The notes below the pieces were generated by a model. It saw nothing but the letters and a program-made list of their open reading frames with translations. It made no database searches and was not told where the DNA came from. From NCBI GenBank assembly GCA_964291675.2, contig OZ219866.1, positions 2,656,001-2,720,000 of the forward strand: DNA of 64,000 nucleotides, in the 5' to 3' direction. Position numbers and translations under genes: made by a program. Shown piece by piece: positions 9,524 through 18,772 of the stretch; position 1 is the stretch's first letter; each line of letters opens with the position of its first letter. The stretch is from Alphaproteobacteria bacterium (GTDB lineage: Bacteria > Pseudomonadota > Alphaproteobacteria > MPNO01).

Positions 9524-10153
9524 TCACCGGCGATTCGGCCGATAGTCCCGGTCATCAAGGCAGGAATTGTAGAATTCCCGATCCATGGGAATCCAGTCGG
9601 TCCGGTCGATCCCGCGCGTCGAACTCGCCCGCGGCCCCGTCGGGAAGGCCGAGGCCATCTTCAGCCAGCGGTCGCCGCTCCGCGATATGTCGCGCACCTC
9701 GCGGGCAACTTCGGCCAGGTCCTGGTCCTGACTGAACACGATCGCCACGTCGAGCTCCGCGTTCCGCGCCATGCGCACGATGTCCAGCCCGAGCCGCAAG
9801 TCGATACCCTTCTCGCGCTCGACCGGGACCTCGTGGATCGAGCCGTCCGGAAGCCGGATCCGTTCCACCCGATAGCGCAGAGGACGCGACGCGACGACGA
9901 TGCCCGCCCGCCGCATCGCGGTCAGGCGGCGCGTCCAGTACCCGTGCCACATCGGCGCCCTGTCCGCGCTCGGAACGCCGGTGTAGAAGCGGACACCGCG
10001 ATTGCGCCAGCCGCGTTCCGCGCAAACCGCATCGGCGAGCTTGCGCGGATCGAAATTGGGATGGTGGTGGCCAAAGGCGTCCTTCGCGTGCCGGTACAGG
10101 TTCTGCCCGTCGAAGAAGGAAACGGCGCGCTTGACATCCGGCTCGGCGGCCAT
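9524..10153 (-). CDS. NYN domain (LabA/DUF88, PIN-like fold) predicted ribonuclease
   Basis: FFDGQNLY, VRFYTG, REKGIDLRLGLD, FSQDQDLAE: acidic PIN/NYN active-site residues present. Confidence 0.9.
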   Translation of the reverse strand: MAAEPDVKRAVSFFDGQNLYRHAKDAFGHHHPNFDPRKLADAVCAERGWRNRGVRFYTGVPSADRAPMWHGYWTRRLTAMRRAGIVVASRPLRYRVERIRLPDGSIHEVPVEREKGIDLRLGLDIVRMARNAELDVAIVFSQDQDLAEVAREVRDISRSGDRWLKMASAFPTGPRASSTRGIDRTDWIPMDREFYNSCLDDRDYRPNRR

Positions 10154-10159
10154 GGCGGC

Positions 10160-10245
10160 AAGAAATAACCCCGCCGGGGCCGTACGGCTAGTCCGGCGGG
10201 GACCAAGTGCCGGGCATCATAGTCGCTTGCGGAGGCGATTGCCAT
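10160..10245 (-). promoter_or_regulatory. Putative sigma70 promoter and structured 5' leader of the NYN gene
   Basis: Minus strand: ATGGCA-N18-TATGAT (10245-10216), then hairpin CCCCGCCGG-ACTA-GCCG-TA-CGGC-CCCGGCGGGG followed by TTATTTCTT just before the ATG. Confidence 0.5.
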
Positions 10246-10328
10246 CAGTGAAATCCCCGCACGGATCGCCGACCCCCCTCACGCGATGCGCCGTTGGTGT
10301 AGGAGGCCAAGGTGCCCGGCAGGGAGCG

Positions 10329-11090
10329 CTAGACGCACGCCAGCAGGCCGAGGCAGGCGCCGATTTCGCTCGCCTGCTGAGTCGCGCCGAGGCAGTCGCC
10401 GGTGTATCCGCCGAGCTTCCTCTGGAACGCCGCCCGGATCGCGAAATGCCCGAGCGCGAGCCCGGCAACCACACCGAGCGTCGCTGCGGGCGTCGCCATC
10501 ACCGCCAGCGGGGCGAGGCAGGCAATCGCGGTCGCCCCGGCGAGAACGTGCGAAGCGGACGAGACCGGGCCGGCAACAGGGCTCGCAATCCCCGAATCGC
10601 GGACGTAGCGCGCGGTCGCGATCACCAGAACGACGCTCCACCGGCTGAGCCCGTGCGCGGCGACCAGCAATGCTGCGCCGATCCACAGGGGGAGCGCGGC
10701 CAGCACCAGGACCCTGACGGCGACGGCGAGGATCAGGGCGAGCACGCCGTAGGTGCCGATGTGGCTGTCGCGCATGATCTCCAGCGCGCGCTCGGCCGAC
10801 CGCCCGCCGCCGATCCCGTCCGCCGTGTCGGCGAGGCCGTCCTCGTGCAGCGCGCCGGTGACGAGCGCGGTGGCGGCGACCGCAAGCAGCGCGGCGAGCG
10901 GCGCGCCCAGCGGGGCGTGCGCGGCGGCGAACACGGCTGCGCCCACGAGGCCGACGAGCACCCCGACCAACGGGTAGTAGCGGACCGAGGCGGCTTCCGG
11001 CGGAGACGCATGGTCGGTTCCCCGCGCCGCCGGGATGCGGGTCAGCATCCGGCAGGCGAGCAGCAGCAGGTGCCATTCCCGGGCGAGCAT
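10329..11090 (-). CDS. cobS: Adenosylcobinamide-GDP ribazoletransferase (cobalamin synthase)
   Basis: LTRIP, TGALHEDGLADTADG, LEIMRDSHIGTYG, GGYTGDCLGA. Confidence 0.95.
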   Translation of the reverse strand: MLAREWHLLLLACRMLTRIPAARGTDHASPPEAASVRYYPLVGVLVGLVGAAVFAAAHAPLGAPLAALLAVAATALVTGALHEDGLADTADGIGGGRSAERALEIMRDSHIGTYGVLALILAVAVRVLVLAALPLWIGAALLVAAHGLSRWSVVLVIATARYVRDSGIASPVAGPVSSASHVLAGATAIACLAPLAVMATPAATLGVVAGLALGHFAIRAAFQRKLGGYTGDCLGATQQASEIGACLGLLACV

Positions 11091-11106
11091 CGCCGGGGCC
11101 GGGACG

Positions 11107-12132
11107 TCAGGCCGGCCCGCTGACGCCGGCGCTCTCGAAGCTCGCCATGTCGGTCAGCATCGCCGATGCGGCGCGGACAATGGGCCAGGCGAGCAGCGCC
11201 CCGGTGCCCTCGCCGAGGCGCATCTCCAGATCGAGCACCGGCCGGGCCCCCAGCGTCTCCAGCAGGATCGCGTGACCGGCCTCGGCGGAACGGTGCGCGT
11301 AGAGCAGCGCGCGTTCGACCGCCGGCTCCATGTGGAGCGCGGCCAACGCGGCCACGCCGGAGATGAACCCGTCCACCAGCACCGGCCGGTTGGACCTGGC
11401 CCCTTCGATCATCGCCCCGGCCATCATCGCGATCTCGAATCCGCCATACTCGGCCAGCGCCCTGGCGGCGTCGAGCCTCCGCGCGGTGCGTGCGGCGGCT
11501 TCTTCCAGCACGGCGCGCTTGCGGGCGACGCCCTTCTCGTCGAGACCGGTACCGCGGCCCACGAGCCCGGCAAGCGGCAGGTCGAGCAGCTTGTGTGCGA
11601 CAAGGCTCGCCGCCGACGTGTTGCCGATACCCATCTCGCCGAAACAGAGCGCATCGGCTCCGCACTCGGCCGCCAGCGCCGCGCCCGCTTTCAGGGCCGC
11701 GTCGCGCTGGGCTTCGGTCATGGCGGGCTCCAGCCGGCTGTTTCGCGTTCCGGCGCCGATTCGCCGCGACAGGAGGTCCGGGTGGACGATCGGCTCGCCG
11801 GCCACACCCGAATCCACCACCTGAACCGTTACGCCGACCGCGTCCGCGAAGACATTGGCCGCCGCGCCGCCGTGCAGGAAGTTCAGCACCATCTGACGGG
11901 TCACCGCCTGCGGGTAGACCGAAACGCCCTCGGCGGCGATGCCGTGATCGGCAGCGAATATGGTGAGCGCGCAGGTCTCGAGGCGCGGCGCCGTCTTTCC
12001 CGTCGCGCGGGCGAGTTGCAGCGCGAGCGACTCCACCAGCCCCAGGGCGCCGACGGGCTTGGTCTTGCTTTCGATCAGGGCCTGGACGGTCCTGCCGAAA
12101 TCCGGCGGAAGACCCGCGTTCCGTTCCGTCAT
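11107..12132 (-). CDS. cobT: Nicotinate-nucleotide--dimethylbenzimidazole phosphoribosyltransferase
   Basis: KTKPVGALG, FAADHG, GEMGIGNT, GGFEIA, VDGFI, MRLGEGTGA, MASFESAGVS. Confidence 0.95.
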   Translation of the reverse strand: MTERNAGLPPDFGRTVQALIESKTKPVGALGLVESLALQLARATGKTAPRLETCALTIFAADHGIAAEGVSVYPQAVTRQMVLNFLHGGAAANVFADAVGVTVQVVDSGVAGEPIVHPDLLSRRIGAGTRNSRLEPAMTEAQRDAALKAGAALAAECGADALCFGEMGIGNTSAASLVAHKLLDLPLAGLVGRGTGLDEKGVARKRAVLEEAAARTARRLDAARALAEYGGFEIAMMAGAMIEGARSNRPVLVDGFISGVAALAALHMEPAVERALLYAHRSAEAGHAILLETLGARPVLDLEMRLGEGTGALLAWPIVRAASAMLTDMASFESAGVSGPA

Positions 12133-12158
12133 GGCGCTCGCTCGCCCGGCATCCGCGT

Positions 12159-12635
12159 TCACCCCTCGGTGCCGCCCAGCCAGCGCGCGAGCGCCTTGCC
12201 GGGATCGGCGATCTCCGCGACCGAGCCGTACCACCAGGCCTCCCAGCCGGTCTCCGGCAAGCCGGTGAACAGCATCAGGTTGAGGGGGTAGGCCTCGCTG
12301 TCGGTGCAGCGGCGGAAATCGTCGCGGAACAGGAATACCGGCTTCTCCCAGGCGATCGCCATGCCGAGCTCCACCATCACCCCCTCGTCCGGCGGGCAGC
12401 CGTTGACCACCGCGAACAGCCCGTCGGCGTCGCGCACGTCGCGCAGATCCGCCTGGCCGATCCTGTAGGCCCAGCCCGGGCTCGCCCGGTCGATCTGGTT
12501 GTTGCGCTCGAACGGCTCCCAGATCTCCGCGCCCAGCGCCTCCAGCGCCGCCTTCAGCTCGCGCAGCGGCCCCCGGCTCTGCTGCGCCGAGAAGCCGTAG
12601 GGGTTCGCGAGATAGAGGGTCTTGCTCGCCGCCAT
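12159..12635 (-). CDS. Nucleoside 2-deoxyribosyltransferase-family (NDT/Rcl-like) N-glycosidase
   Basis: YLANPYGFS, WEPFE, D..DV..AD, PDEGVMVELGMAIAWEKPVFLF. Confidence 0.85.
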   Translation of the reverse strand: MAASKTLYLANPYGFSAQQSRGPLRELKAALEALGAEIWEPFERNNQIDRASPGWAYRIGQADLRDVRDADGLFAVVNGCPPDEGVMVELGMAIAWEKPVFLFRDDFRRCTDSEAYPLNLMLFTGLPETGWEAWWYGSVAEIADPGKALARWLGGTEG

Positions 12636-12729
12636 GCCCGCCCGCCTCCCTGCCGGGCCGGGCACAGCGTCGGGCGCCGCAGGGCCGGAGTCAACGTCGC
12701 TGCCCCGGCGGGCGCCGTCGATGTTCGCA

Positions 12730-14172
12730 TCACTCCGGCCGCTCGCCCGGCACAGGGGTCGCCCCGGGCGTGCCGGTCCTGAACGCGGGCTCGGGGCCGC
12801 CGAAGCGGGCGGTCAGCGCGTTCTGGTCGTCCTTGGCGCGGCGGTCGACGCGCTCGGGATCGCAGATCGCGCGGAGGATCGCCTCGTATTCCGCGACCGC
12901 CGCGGGGTCCGAGGCGGCGAGGTCGACGGTTTCCTCCGGGTCCGCCGCGAGGTCGAACAGCTCCGGCTCGTAGCCGACATAATGGATCAGCTTCCTCGTT
13001 CCCCGCCGCACCATGAAGGCGGCGCTCGGCGAGGCGGCGGCGTGGTACTCGCTGAACGCGACGCGCTCGGGATCGTAGGGTGCGGCGGCGATGTCGAACC
13101 ACGAACGCCCGGGCAGCGCCGCCTCTTCCCCGGTCGGCGCGAGCCCCGCCGTGGCAAGCACGCTCGGATAGGCATCCAGCAGCGAGACCGGCGTGCCGCA
13201 GACCGCGCCCTCGGGGATTCCGGGTCCGGCGAGGATCAGCGGAATCCCCGCCGATTCCTCGTACATGTTGGATTTGCCCCAGAGGCCGCGCGCGCCGACA
13301 TTGTCGCCGTGATCGCTGGTGTAGACGATGCGGGTGGTCCCGCCGAGCCCGACCGCGTCCAGCGACTCCAGCACCTCGCCGATCAGCGCGTCGACATAGG
13401 TGCAGAGCCCGAAATAGGCCGCCACCGCCTTCAGTCGCTCCTCCGTCGTGAGGTTGCGGTCGACCTGCTGGAAGTCGTCCATGCGCTGCAGCCAGGGGTG
13501 GCGGACATAGCCCGCCGCCGGGTCGAGCTTGCGCGCGGGCAGGCGGTCGAGCGGGTAGAGGCCGTAATACGCCTCGGGCACCACCAGCGGAAAATGCGGC
13601 GCAACGAAGCCGACATAGAGCACCCAAGGCTTCTCGTCCCGCGTCGCGGCGTCGGCGAGCCATGCCTTGGCCCGGTCGGCGACCAGCCGGTCGTAGCGGT
13701 TGTAGCTCGATTCGCCCGGCCCGATCCGGTTCAGCATCTTCGCCGGGCGCGAAGGCGGCAGCGGGTCGCGGACCGAGCCCCAGACCTGGCCGATGCCGTC
13801 CATCACGTGCATCGGCTCGATCTCGCGTCCGAACCCGGAATCGATGTCGGCGCCGCGATAGTGCAGCTTGCCGATCGCCTCGACCCGGCGCCCCTCGCGC
13901 CGCAGCCGGTGGCACCAGCTCGGGACGGCCCCGTCATAGGGGTGGGCGTTGTCCCAGTAGCGGGTGTCGTGGACGTGGCGGCCGGTGGCGAAGGCGGCGC
14001 GCGCCGGGATGCAGATCGGCGAGTTGGTGTAGGCGGCGGAAAACCGCGTGCCGCGCTCGGCCAGAAAGTCGAGATTGGGCGTCCGCACCATGCCGTGGCC
14101 GTAGCAGCCCAGCATCTTCGGGTTGTGCTCGTCCGACATGATGAACAGCAGGTTCTGGCCGTCCGGTGCCAT
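12730..14172 (-). CDS. Cys-type sulfatase (choline-sulfatase-like)
   Basis: LFIMSDEH, TPNLD, CIPARAAFATG (CxPxR), GKLH, PHFP, YTSDHGD, WGKSNMYEES. Confidence 0.92.
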   Translation of the reverse strand: MAPDGQNLLFIMSDEHNPKMLGCYGHGMVRTPNLDFLAERGTRFSAAYTNSPICIPARAAFATGRHVHDTRYWDNAHPYDGAVPSWCHRLRREGRRVEAIGKLHYRGADIDSGFGREIEPMHVMDGIGQVWGSVRDPLPPSRPAKMLNRIGPGESSYNRYDRLVADRAKAWLADAATRDEKPWVLYVGFVAPHFPLVVPEAYYGLYPLDRLPARKLDPAAGYVRHPWLQRMDDFQQVDRNLTTEERLKAVAAYFGLCTYVDALIGEVLESLDAVGLGGTTRIVYTSDHGDNVGARGLWGKSNMYEESAGIPLILAGPGIPEGAVCGTPVSLLDAYPSVLATAGLAPTGEEAALPGRSWFDIAAAPYDPERVAFSEYHAAASPSAAFMVRRGTRKLIHYVGYEPELFDLAADPEETVDLAASDPAAVAEYEAILRAICDPERVDRRAKDDQNALTARFGGPEPAFRTGTPGATPVPGERPE

Positions 14173-14173
14173 G

Positions 14174-15760
14174 TCAGCTCCCTTTCCTATCCTGGCCGTC
14201 GCGACCGCGGGCGAAGAACACGACGACGAGCACGGCGAGCGCCATGAAGGCGATCGAGATCGGGCTCGAAAACAGGAACCACGGATCGGCCCCGGTCGCC
14301 GAGAACGCCTGGCGCACCGCCTCCTCCAGATTGTTGGCGAGGATGAAGGCGATCACGAAGGGGAGGACCGAGAAGCGTAGCCTGCGCATCAGATAGCCGA
14401 CCAGGCCGAAGAACAGCGTCACATAGATCGACAGCATCTCCGGCTGCTGCGCGTAGATCGCGGTGAGCGTCAGCAGCAGCACGATGGGCAGGAGGCGCTG
14501 CTTGGGGATTCGCACCATGATCCCCATCGATCGCATGAACGCGCCGCCCACCGTCCAGTTGAGCAGGTTGGCGAACACCATGGCGGTAAACAGGCCGAAG
14601 GCGATGACCATCTCGCCGTTGACCTGGTCGGGGGTCAGGCGGAACACCGCCGGGCCGGGGTTGAAGCCGCTGATGGTCTCGGTCGCGAGGATGATGAACA
14701 CGGCGGCGACGTTGCCGGGGATGCCGAGCGAGAGGACGGGGATCAGATTGGCGCCGGAGACCGCGCTGTTCGCCGCCTCGGTGGCCGCGACCCCCTCGGG
14801 CGCGCCGTCCCCGAAGCGCACCTCGCCCCGGTGCAGCCTGCGCCCCGTCGCGTAGCCGAGCGTCGCGGCGAGTGTCGAGCCGATTCCGGGGAGCGCGCCC
14901 ACCATCGTGCCGATACCGGCGGAGAGACCGACGAAGGGCGCGATGCGCCGGATGTCGCGGAGCCCGAGCCGGTTGTCGCCGGACGCAGCCGGAGCGGAAA
15001 TGGCATCGGTCGCGCGCTTCTCGCGCCACATGTCCTCCAGCGCCGCGAACACCTCGCCCAGGATCAGCACGCCGAGCACCACGCCGATCAGCGGCAGCCC
15101 GCCGGCCAGCGCGTCCGAGCCCAGCGAGAGCCGCGGATGGTGGTCCTCGCCGGTGCCGATAAAGGCCACGAACATGCCGAACAGGGCGGCGAGGATGCCC
15201 TTCCACACCGAATCCCCTACCACCGCGGAGATGAAGGCGAGCGACAGGACGATCAGCGCCGCCTTCTCCGGGAAGCCGAGATAGGCCTCGACGGTGATCG
15301 CGAGGAAGGGTGCGCAGGTGAACAGCACGATGTCGGAGAACGTGTCGCCCGAGGCGGACGAGAAATGGGCGATGCGGAGCGCCTTGCCGGCCTCGCCCTT
15401 CCGGGTCATGGGGAACCCGTCGAGCGTGGTCATCAGCGAATCCGGCGTTCCGGGCGTGTTGAACAGGATCGCCGGCACCGCGCCGCCCACCGTCGCCCCC
15501 TTCATGATGCCGATCAGGAAGCCGAGCACGGGAAGCAGCGCGTCCGGGTTGAAGCCGAAGATGGTGATCAGGATCGGCAGCGAGATCGCCATGGCGAACG
15601 GCCCGCCGAGACCGGGCGTCGCACCGACCACGATGCCGCCGAGGAAGCCGAGGACCACCATGGCCACGGTGATCGAGACCGGCAGCCCGAACACGGTCGC
15701 GACCGGGGCTTGGGTGAACACCGCGACGACGCCGAGCCAGACGTGGTCGAGAATGCCCAT
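14174..15760 (-). CDS. tctA: Tripartite tricarboxylate transporter large permease TctA
   Basis: Highly hydrophobic; VGATPGLG, AILFNTPGTP, TTLDGFPM, ALPGIG, EGVAATEAANSA, LGIPG. Confidence 0.9.
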   Translation of the reverse strand: MGILDHVWLGVVAVFTQAPVATVFGLPVSITVAMVVLGFLGGIVVGATPGLGGPFAMAISLPILITIFGFNPDALLPVLGFLIGIMKGATVGGAVPAILFNTPGTPDSLMTTLDGFPMTRKGEAGKALRIAHFSSASGDTFSDIVLFTCAPFLAITVEAYLGFPEKAALIVLSLAFISAVVGDSVWKGILAALFGMFVAFIGTGEDHHPRLSLGSDALAGGLPLIGVVLGVLILGEVFAALEDMWREKRATDAISAPAASGDNRLGLRDIRRIAPFVGLSAGIGTMVGALPGIGSTLAATLGYATGRRLHRGEVRFGDGAPEGVAATEAANSAVSGANLIPVLSLGIPGNVAAVFIILATETISGFNPGPAVFRLTPDQVNGEMVIAFGLFTAMVFANLLNWTVGGAFMRSMGIMVRIPKQRLLPIVLLLTLTAIYAQQPEMLSIYVTLFFGLVGYLMRRLRFSVLPFVIAFILANNLEEAVRQAFSATGADPWFLFSSPISIAFMALAVLVVVFFARGRDGQDRKGS

Positions 15761-16329
15761 CACTGGTCGCCGTTGGGCGGCAGCAGGAGGTCGTCGAACG
15801 GCAGATCGTAGAGGACGATGAGGACGAGCGTCGCCAGCACGGCCGCCAGCGCCGCGCCCCGGGTCAATCGCTGCTCGACGACGGCGATCGCGCCCGCCAC
15901 CATGGCGATGCCGCCCAGCAGATAGCCGAAATACTTGTAAGGGATGGTGTCGCGCAGCTCGCGATAGCTGCCGACGGCGCCGCCGAGCGCGTTGATCGCG
16001 TCGACGACGAGCGGCCCCGTATGGCCCATCAAGGCGAGCCCGACGGCGATTGCGGCCGCGAAGCGGGCGGCGAATGTCAGGCTCTGCCTGTCGAACGCCG
16101 CCGCCTCGCGGCGGGGTTTCAGGATCGCGGAGACCGCCAGCAGCGCCGCCGCAACGAGCATGCCGATGGCGGCGACGGTGGGCGCCATGGCATCGCCGAT
16201 CACGGTGCGGCGCCGGAAGGTCTCGACGACGCCGCTCTCCACGTCGGCCGGGATCCAGACCCCCAGGGTCAGCAGGGCAAACGCGGCGACGGCCGCCGCG
16301 ATGCCCAGCGACCGGGGGTCGATACGCAT
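15760..16329 (-). CDS. TctB-like small membrane subunit
   Basis: About 5 TM segments, lies between the TctC and TctA genes, ends LFDDLLLP-like motif. Confidence 0.6.
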   Translation of the reverse strand: MRIDPRSLGIAAAVAAFALLTLGVWIPADVESGVVETFRRRTVIGDAMAPTVAAIGMLVAAALLAVSAILKPRREAAAFDRQSLTFAARFAAAIAVGLALMGHTGPLVVDAINALGGAVGSYRELRDTIPYKYFGYLLGGIAMVAGAIAVVEQRLTRGAALAAVLATLVLIVLYDLPFDDLLLPPNGDQ

Positions 16330-16357
16330 CCCGGTCCCGGCGGCCGGGCGGGTCCGC

Positions 16358-17308
16358 CTACTGGGTGGCCGCTATCAGCTTCCTGTTGTTCTCGATGCTG
16401 TCGGCGATGAGCTTTTCGAGCGCCGCGCCGGAGATCAGGCTGGGCCCGCCGAAGGCGCGCTGGACGAACTTCGCCGCCTTGGTGGACGTGTCGGTCAGCA
16501 CCGAGGCGACGGCGTCCGCCATCCCCTGGCGCGCGTCGGCCGGGATTCCCTTGGGGGCGACGATCAGGAACTTGACGCCCGCGTCGTAGGGGATGCCGAT
16601 CTCCTGCAGCGTGGGTATGTCGGGCGAGATCTTGAGCCGCGTCTTCTCCCCCGACACGAGGTTGACCAAGTCGCCCGCCTTGACGCCCTTGTTCTGGATG
16701 CCGGCCACCCAGCCGAGATCCACGTCGCCCGCGGTGATCGCGTTGAGGACCGCGCGGCCGCCGCGGAGCATGACGGTGTTGAACTCGATGCCGAACTTCT
16801 GCTCGGTCACGTAGGCGAGGTCGGCGAGCTTCGGGCCCATCGCGCCGAGCTTGAAGGTGGTGCCCGCCTTGGCCGCCGCGATCACGTCCTCGATCGACTT
16901 CCAGCCGCGCTCCGACCTGGCGACGAGCCCGATCTGGGTGCCCGCCGTCGTCGTGACGTAGGTGAAATCGTCCGCCGCATAGCCGACACTCTTCGCCGCG
17001 AGGACGTTGTAGGTGAAGGTCTGGGTGACCGCGATGCCGAAGGTCAGCCCGTCGTTCGGCTGCGTCTTCAGCTTGCGCGCCATCACCCCGCCGCCTTTGC
17101 CGGTGACGTTCTGCGGGATGATCTTCCACCCCCTGGTCTTCTCCAGCTCGGTCGCGATCAGCCGCGCCTGGGTGTCGGCGCCGCCCCCGGCGGCGAAGGC
17201 GATCATCAGGTTGACGGGACCGCTCGGCTGCCAGGCGGCGGCCGGTCCGGTGACGAAGGCCAGAGCGCCGGCCGCCGCCACCGCCGCACCGAATGACTTG
17301 AAGGACAT
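16358..17308 (-). CDS. tctC: Tripartite tricarboxylate transporter substrate-binding protein TctC (Bug family)
   Basis: Signal peptide; FAAGGGADTQAR, NVTGKGG, PNDGLT, PDIPTLQE, APKGIP. Confidence 0.9.
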   Translation of the reverse strand: MSFKSFGAAVAAAGALAFVTGPAAAWQPSGPVNLMIAFAAGGGADTQARLIATELEKTRGWKIIPQNVTGKGGGVMARKLKTQPNDGLTFGIAVTQTFTYNVLAAKSVGYAADDFTYVTTTAGTQIGLVARSERGWKSIEDVIAAAKAGTTFKLGAMGPKLADLAYVTEQKFGIEFNTVMLRGGRAVLNAITAGDVDLGWVAGIQNKGVKAGDLVNLVSGEKTRLKISPDIPTLQEIGIPYDAGVKFLIVAPKGIPADARQGMADAVASVLTDTSTKAAKFVQRAFGGPSLISGAALEKLIADSIENNRKLIAATQ

Positions 17309-17338
17309 CTCGGGTCTCCTGCTCGAAGGCTCATATTA

Positions 17339-17352
17339 GTTGTCATGACAAC
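17339..17352. promoter_or_regulatory. Perfect 14-bp palindrome GTTGTCATGACAAC, candidate MarR operator upstream of tctC
   Basis: AT-rich perfect inverted repeat 31 bp upstream of tctC; related copy at 20348. Confidence 0.65.
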
Positions 17353-17390
17353 CTTATCACCGAAACACGGTCCCCGGCAACGCGCCGCGC

Positions 17391-18278
17391 CTAGCCGGTG
17401 TGGCGCTCGGCCTCGGGTCCGCCGAGGGGGACGCGCATCAGGTCCTCGCCCCAGACGATGTTGCCGGCGAAGACTTCCGCCATCTCCGCGATCAGGCGTT
17501 CGCGCAGGCCGGGCACGTCCATCTGGTTGGAGACGTGGCTCACCACCAGCGTCCGCGCCCCGGCTTCCGCCGCGATCCGCGCGGACTCCAGATGGCCCGC
17601 CGCGCCCCGGGTCCATTCCGGGCCGGGCGCGGTGCCCGAGATCTGGTAGGTCATGTGGACCATCACGTCCGACCCGGCGGCCAGCCGCGCGAAGGCGCTG
17701 GAGGGGCCGGAATCGCCCGAATAGGCGAACGAGCCCGCCGGCGCATCGAGACGGAAGCCGAGACAGTCGAGCACCGGCTGGGCGTGCGGCACCGAGACGG
17801 TCCCGATGGTCCAGCCGTCGCCCTCGATGACGTCGCCGCTCGCGATCTCGCGCACGGCGGGTTCGGGGCCCTTGCGCGGGCGGGTGCCGCCGCGCGACTC
17901 GTAGACCTGGACGCTCGGCTCGAGCGTCGTGCGCGCCGCGATATCGGGTCCGAACACGCCGTCGGCGGCGAACAGCAGCCGGGTCATGCGCGCGGTACGC
18001 GCCGGCCCGTAGACCTGGAGCTCCGGGACCTGCCCGGCGCCCTGGTCCCAGCGCGTCATCACCAGCCGCGCGTAGTCGAGGCAGTGATCGTAGTGCAGGT
18101 GGGAGAACGCCAGATGGGTGATGTCGGTCGCCCGGTAACCCGCCTCCATCATCCGGTGATAGGCGCCGGGGCCGAAATCGAACAGGATCACGCTGGCGCC
18201 GAGATCGACCAGGTAGCTCGAGCTCGCCCGCTTGAGCGACGGCGCGGGCGTTCCCGTGCCGAGAAGGACGATTTCCAT
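17391..18278 (-). CDS. MBL-fold metallohydrolase, RNase Z / AtsA-like
   Basis: MEIVLLGTGTP, FDFGPG, SHLHYDHCLD, YSGDS, LVVSH. Confidence 0.85.
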   Translation of the reverse strand: MEIVLLGTGTPAPSLKRASSSYLVDLGASVILFDFGPGAYHRMMEAGYRATDITHLAFSHLHYDHCLDYARLVMTRWDQGAGQVPELQVYGPARTARMTRLLFAADGVFGPDIAARTTLEPSVQVYESRGGTRPRKGPEPAVREIASGDVIEGDGWTIGTVSVPHAQPVLDCLGFRLDAPAGSFAYSGDSGPSSAFARLAAGSDVMVHMTYQISGTAPGPEWTRGAAGHLESARIAAEAGARTLVVSHVSNQMDVPGLRERLIAEMAEVFAGNIVWGEDLMRVPLGGPEAERHTG

Positions 18279-18285
18279 GCCGTGA

Positions 18286-18768
18286 CTACTCCTCCGTCGC
18301 CGCCAGCAGCACCCGGGCGCGGGCGTCCAGCCCGTCGAGCAGCGTCGCCAGCCGCTCGCGTTCGGCCGCGCCGAAATCCTCGAACAGGGCCTCTTCCCGC
18401 TCGCGCGAGCGCGCCGCGATCCTGCGATGCAGCGCCCTGCCTTCCCCGGTGAGGGTCAGGATCCGGCTCCGCCCGTCGTCCGGATGGCTGGCTTGCCGCA
18501 CCAGGCCGCGCGCAGTCAGGCGGCGGACGGCCCGGCTGACATTGCTCTTGTCGAGCACCGAGAACTCGGCGACGTCGCGCGCCATCACCGGCCCCAAGGC
18601 GGCCAGGATCGACAGCACGCGCCATTCCAGCACGCTGGTGCCGAACTCCCGCCGGTAGACCCGGGCGGACCACAGCGTCAGGCGGTTGGACAACACCGCC
18701 AGCCTGTAGGCGGTTACCCGGGTCAGGTCGTAGCCGGGATCGTCGCGCGGGTCGTTGCGCACCGCCAT
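18286..18768 (-). CDS. MarR family transcriptional regulator
   Basis: EWRVLSIL, LDKSNVSRAVRRL...GLV...DDGRSRILTLT. Confidence 0.92.
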   Translation of the reverse strand: MAVRNDPRDDPGYDLTRVTAYRLAVLSNRLTLWSARVYRREFGTSVLEWRVLSILAALGPVMARDVAEFSVLDKSNVSRAVRRLTARGLVRQASHPDDGRSRILTLTGEGRALHRRIAARSREREEALFEDFGAAERERLATLLDGLDARARVLLAATEE

Positions 18769-18772
18769 GGTC

